Under the pieces are notes generated by a model, which had not been told where the DNA came from, ran no database searches, and saw only the letters and a program-made list of their open reading frames with translations. A stretch of DNA of 10,406 nucleotides from Candidatus Methylomirabilia bacterium (GTDB taxonomy: Bacteria > Methylomirabilota > Methylomirabilia > Rokubacteriales > CSP1-6): positions 1 through 10,406 of the forward strand of contig JBGQEL010000140.1 in assembly GCA_041496385.1 (NCBI GenBank), given 5' to 3'. Made by a program: the position numbers and the translations under genes. Shown here piece by piece: positions 7,383-10,406 of this stretch (positions are counted from its first letter, which is position 1; each line of letters starts with the position of its first letter).

Positions 7383-10300
7383 TCGGCCAGCGCCTCCGCC
7401 GGAACCGGGCGCGCCCCGCGCACGCGCCTGAACCGCCGCGCGAGCCGCTCGAACCAGAGATAGACGACCGGCGTCGTGTAGAGGGTCAGGAGCTGCGAGA
7501 GGATGAGTCCGCCGACGATCGTGATGCCGAGGGGCCGGCGCAGCTCGGAGCCCGTTCCGCTGCCGAGGGCGAGCGGCAGGCCGCCCAGCAGCGCCGCCAT
7601 CGTCGTCATCATGATCGGCCGGAAGCGCAGGAGGCACGCCTGGTAGATGGCGGCCGCGGGCGTCTTGCCCTCGTCGCGCTCGGCGTCCAGCGCGAAGTCG
7701 ATCATCATGATCGCGTTCTTCTTCACGATGCCGATCAGGAGGATGATCCCGATGAGCGCGATGATGTCGAGGTGGGCGCGAAAGAGCTGGAGCGCGAGGA
7801 TCGCGCCGACGCCCGCCGACGGCAGGGTCGAGAGGATGGTGATCGGGTGGATGTAGCTCTCGTAGAGGACGCCCAGGACGATGTACACGGTGACGATCGC
7901 CGCCAGGATGAGGAGCGGCTCGTTCGCCAGCGACGCCTGGAAGGCCTGGGCGGTCCCCTGGAAGCTGGCGCGAATCGACGGCGGCAGACCGATCTGCTGC
8001 TCGGCCGCCTTGATGGCGTCGACCGCGTGACCGAGCGCGACGCCGGGCGCCAGGTTGAAGGACACGGTGACGGACGGGAATTGCCCCTGGTGGTTGATGG
8101 CGAGGGGCGTCTTGCCGGGCGCGAAGTACGTGATGGCGCTGAGTGGAACCTGGGCGCCCGACGGCGACTTCACGTAGATGAACTTGAGGGCCTCGGGGTT
8201 CTGCTGGAAGCGCGGGGCCACCTCGAGGATGACGTGGTACTGGTTGAGCTGGGTGAAGATCGTCGAGACCTGACGTTGCCCGAACGCGTCGTAGAGCGTG
8301 TCGTCGATGGCCTGGGGCTGGATCCCGAGGCGCGAGGCGGTGTCGCGGTCGATCACGAGCGAGGCCTGGAGCCCGCCGGCCTGCTGGTCGCTGGCCACGT
8401 CGGCGAGCTCCGGCAGCGTCCTGAGCTTGCCGAGGAGCCGCGGCGTCCACTCCGCGAGCTCGCGGCTGTCGGCGTCCTCGAGCGAGTACTGGAACTGCGT
8501 CCGGCTGACCCGGTTCTCGACGGTGAGGTCCTGCACGGGCTGCATGTAGAGCGTGATGCCGCCGACCGCCTCGAGCTTCGGCCCGAGCCGCCGGATGATC
8601 TCCGAGGCGTCGGCGTTTCGTTCGTCGCGGGGCTTGAGGTTGATCTGGATCCGGCCGCTGTTCGGCGTCATGTTGACGCCGTCGACGCCGATGAAGGACG
8701 AGAGGCTGGCCACGTCGATGTCTTGAAGGAGGACGCGCGTCAGCGCCTGCTGGCGCTCCGCCATCGCCGCGAAGGAGACCGTCTCGGGCGCCTCGGACAG
8801 GCCGAGGATCACGCCGGTGTCCTGGATCGGGAAGAAGCCCTTCGGCACGACGACGTAGAGCACGATCGTGAGCACCAGGGTGGCGACGGTGAGGACCAGG
8901 GTTCCCGTCTGGTGGCGCAGCACCCAGCGCAGCGTCGTCCCGTAGAACGCGATCACCGCCTCGAAGAGGCGCTCCGTGAACCGGTAGAAGCGCGTCTGCT
9001 CCGACGCGTGTCCCGTCTTCAGGAGCTTGGCGCACATCATCGGCGTCAGGGTGAGCGACACGACGGCGGAGACGAGGATGGTGACGCTGAGAGTGATCGC
9101 GAACTCGCGGAAGAGCCGGCCCACGATGTCGCCCATGAACAGGAGCGGGATCAGCACGGCGATCAGCGAGACCGTCAGGGAGACGATCGTGAAGCCGATC
9201 TGCTCGGAGCCCTTCAGTGCCGCCTGGAGTGGCGACTCGCCCGCCTCGATGTACCGCGCGATGTTCTCGATCATCACGATGGCGTCGTCCACGACGAAGC
9301 CGGTCGAGATGGTGAGCGCCATCAGGGACAGGTTGTCGAGGCTGTAGCCGAGCAGGTACATGACGCCGAACGTCCCCACGATGGAGATGGGCACGGCCAC
9401 GCTCGGAATGACGGTTGCGGCGAAGGATCGGAGAAACAGAAACATCACCATGACGACCAGGGCCACGGTGAGGACCAGCGTGAACTCGACGTCCCTGACG
9501 GAGGCCCGGATGGTGGTGGTGCGGTCCGTCAGCGTGGTGATGTCGATCGAGGACGGCAGCGACGCCTTGAGCTGCGGCAGCAGGCGCTTGATGCGGTCGA
9601 CGACGGCGATGATGTTGGCGCCCGGCTGCCGCTGGATGTTGACGATGACCGCCGGCTTGTCGTTCATCCAGGCCGCGAGCTTGACGTTCTCGACGCCGTC
9701 GATCACCTCGGCGACGTCGGAGAGGCGCACCGCGGCCCCGTTCTTGTACGCGACGACGACGGGCTTGTACTCCTCGCTCGAGAACAGCTGGTCGTTGGCG
9801 CCGATCGTGAACGACTGGCGCGGGCCCTCGAGGTTGCCCTTCGCCTGGTTCACGTTGGCCTGGGCGAGGACCGCGCGCAGGTCCTCGAGGCTCAGACCGT
9901 AGGCCGCGAGCGCCAGCGGGTCGGCCTGGACCCGGACCGCTGGCCGCTGGCCGCCGCTGATCGTGACGAGGCCGACGCCCGGGAGCTGCGAGATCTTCTG
10001 GGCCAGGTTCGTGTCGGCGAGGTCCTCGACGCGGCTGAGCGGGAGCGTGCTCGAGGTCAGCGCCAGGGTCAGGATCGGCGTGTCCGCGGGGTTGACCTTG
10101 CTGTAGACGGGCGGGGTGGGGAGGTTGAGCGGCAGGTAGGTGGCCGCGGCGTTGATGGCGGCCTGGACCTCCTGCTCCGCCACGTCGATCGGGTGCTCGA
10201 GGGTGAACTGGAGCGTGACCAGCGAGGCGCCGAACGAGCTGGTCGACGTCATCTGCTTGAGGCCTGGGAGCTGACCGAACTGCCGCTCGAGCGGGGAGGT

Positions 10301-10406
10301 CACCGAGGAGGCCATGACGTCGGGGCTGGCGCCCGGATAGAAGGTCAGGATCTGGATCGTCGGGTAGTCCACCTGCGGCAGGGCGGAGATGGGGAGCTGC
10401 AGGTAG
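7379..10406 (-). CDS. mdtB: Multidrug efflux RND transporter permease subunit MdtB (MuxB-like), 5'-truncated by the window edge
   Basis: The frame is open to the window end ([18 protein letters not shown]...), so the track start at 10372 is internal and only about TM1 is missing. MdtB-typical [72 protein letters not shown] and [10 protein letters not shown]. Relay motifs [18 protein letters not shown] and RFRPIMMTT are present. Confidence 0.94.
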   Translation of the reverse strand, partial: YLQLPISALPQVDYPTIQILTFYPGASPDVMASSVTSPLERQFGQLPGLKQMTSTSSFGASLVTLQFTLEHPIDVAEQEVQAAINAAATYLPLNLPTPPVYSKVNPADTPILTLALTSSTLPLSRVEDLADTNLAQKISQLPGVGLVTISGGQRPAVRVQADPLALAAYGLSLEDLRAVLAQANVNQAKGNLEGPRQSFTIGANDQLFSSEEYKPVVVAYKNGAAVRLSDVAEVIDGVENVKLAAWMNDKPAVIVNIQRQPGANIIAVVDRIKRLLPQLKASLPSSIDITTLTDRTTTIRASVRDVEFTLVLTVALVVMVMFLFLRSFAATVIPSVAVPISIVGTFGVMYLLGYSLDNLSLMALTISTGFVVDDAIVMIENIARYIEAGESPLQAALKGSEQIGFTIVSLTVSLIAVLIPLLFMGDIVGRLFREFAITLSVTILVSAVVSLTLTPMMCAKLLKTGHASEQTRFYRFTERLFEAVIAFYGTTLRWVLRHQTGTLVLTVATLVLTIVLYVVVPKGFFPIQDTGVILGLSEAPETVSFAAMAERQQALTRVLLQDIDVASLSSFIGVDGVNMTPNSGRIQINLKPRDERNADASEIIRRLGPKLEAVGGITLYMQPVQDLTVENRVSRTQFQYSLEDADSRELAEWTPRLLGKLRTLPELADVASDQQAGGLQASLVIDRDTASRLGIQPQAIDDTLYDAFGQRQVSTIFTQLNQYHVILEVAPRFQQNPEALKFIYVKSPSGAQVPLSAITYFAPGKTPLAINHQGQFPSVTVSFNLAPGVALGHAVDAIKAAEQQIGLPPSIRASFQGTAQAFQASLANEPLLILAAIVTVYIVLGVLYESYIHPITILSTLPSAGVGAILALQLFRAHLDIIALIGIILLIGIVKKNAIMMIDFALDAERDEGKTPAAAIYQACLLRFRPIMMTTMAALLGGLPLALGSGTGSELRRPLGITIVGGLILSQLLTLYTTPVVYLWFERLARRFRRVRGARPVPAEALAE
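7393..7397 (-). promoter_or_regulatory. Shine-Dalgarno site (GGAGG) for mdtC, inside the 3' end of mdtB
   Basis: The minus strand reads gcGGAGGcgctggccgaGTGA, placing GGAGG 10 nt upstream of GTG 7382. Confidence 0.65.

Noticed and set aside
2899..9035. Apparent giant fusions (1268 aa and 1589 aa) suggesting fused or frameshifted RND genes
   Set aside because: The extensions are shadow frames inside mdtC and mdtB. Each real gene has its own start, SD and stop, and no frameshift is needed.

Overview
A very GC-rich, gene-dense bacterial window with two convergent operon ends. On the + strand, a 5'-truncated uncharacterised protein (<2..580) overlaps, via GTGA, a xanthine dehydrogenase/CoxL-family molybdopterin-binding large subunit (577..2886). 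Its active-site loop reads AYRGVG, so it is not a form I CO dehydrogenase, and no Fe-S or FAD subunit gene flanks it in the window. On the - strand is an MdtABC/MuxABC-type heteromeric RND efflux locus in the order mdtB (5'-truncated) - mdtC - adaptor. The most notable feature is the adaptor. It comes last in the operon, where an outer-membrane factor often sits. It has a lipoprotein-type signal peptide. Its alpha-hairpin is lengthened on both arms by tandem 14-residue (42-bp) units. The 3' parts of mdtB and mdtC are also locally about 92% identical in DNA. I saw no mobile elements, RNA genes or CRISPR arrays. The other long ORFs in the track are GC-driven shadow frames.
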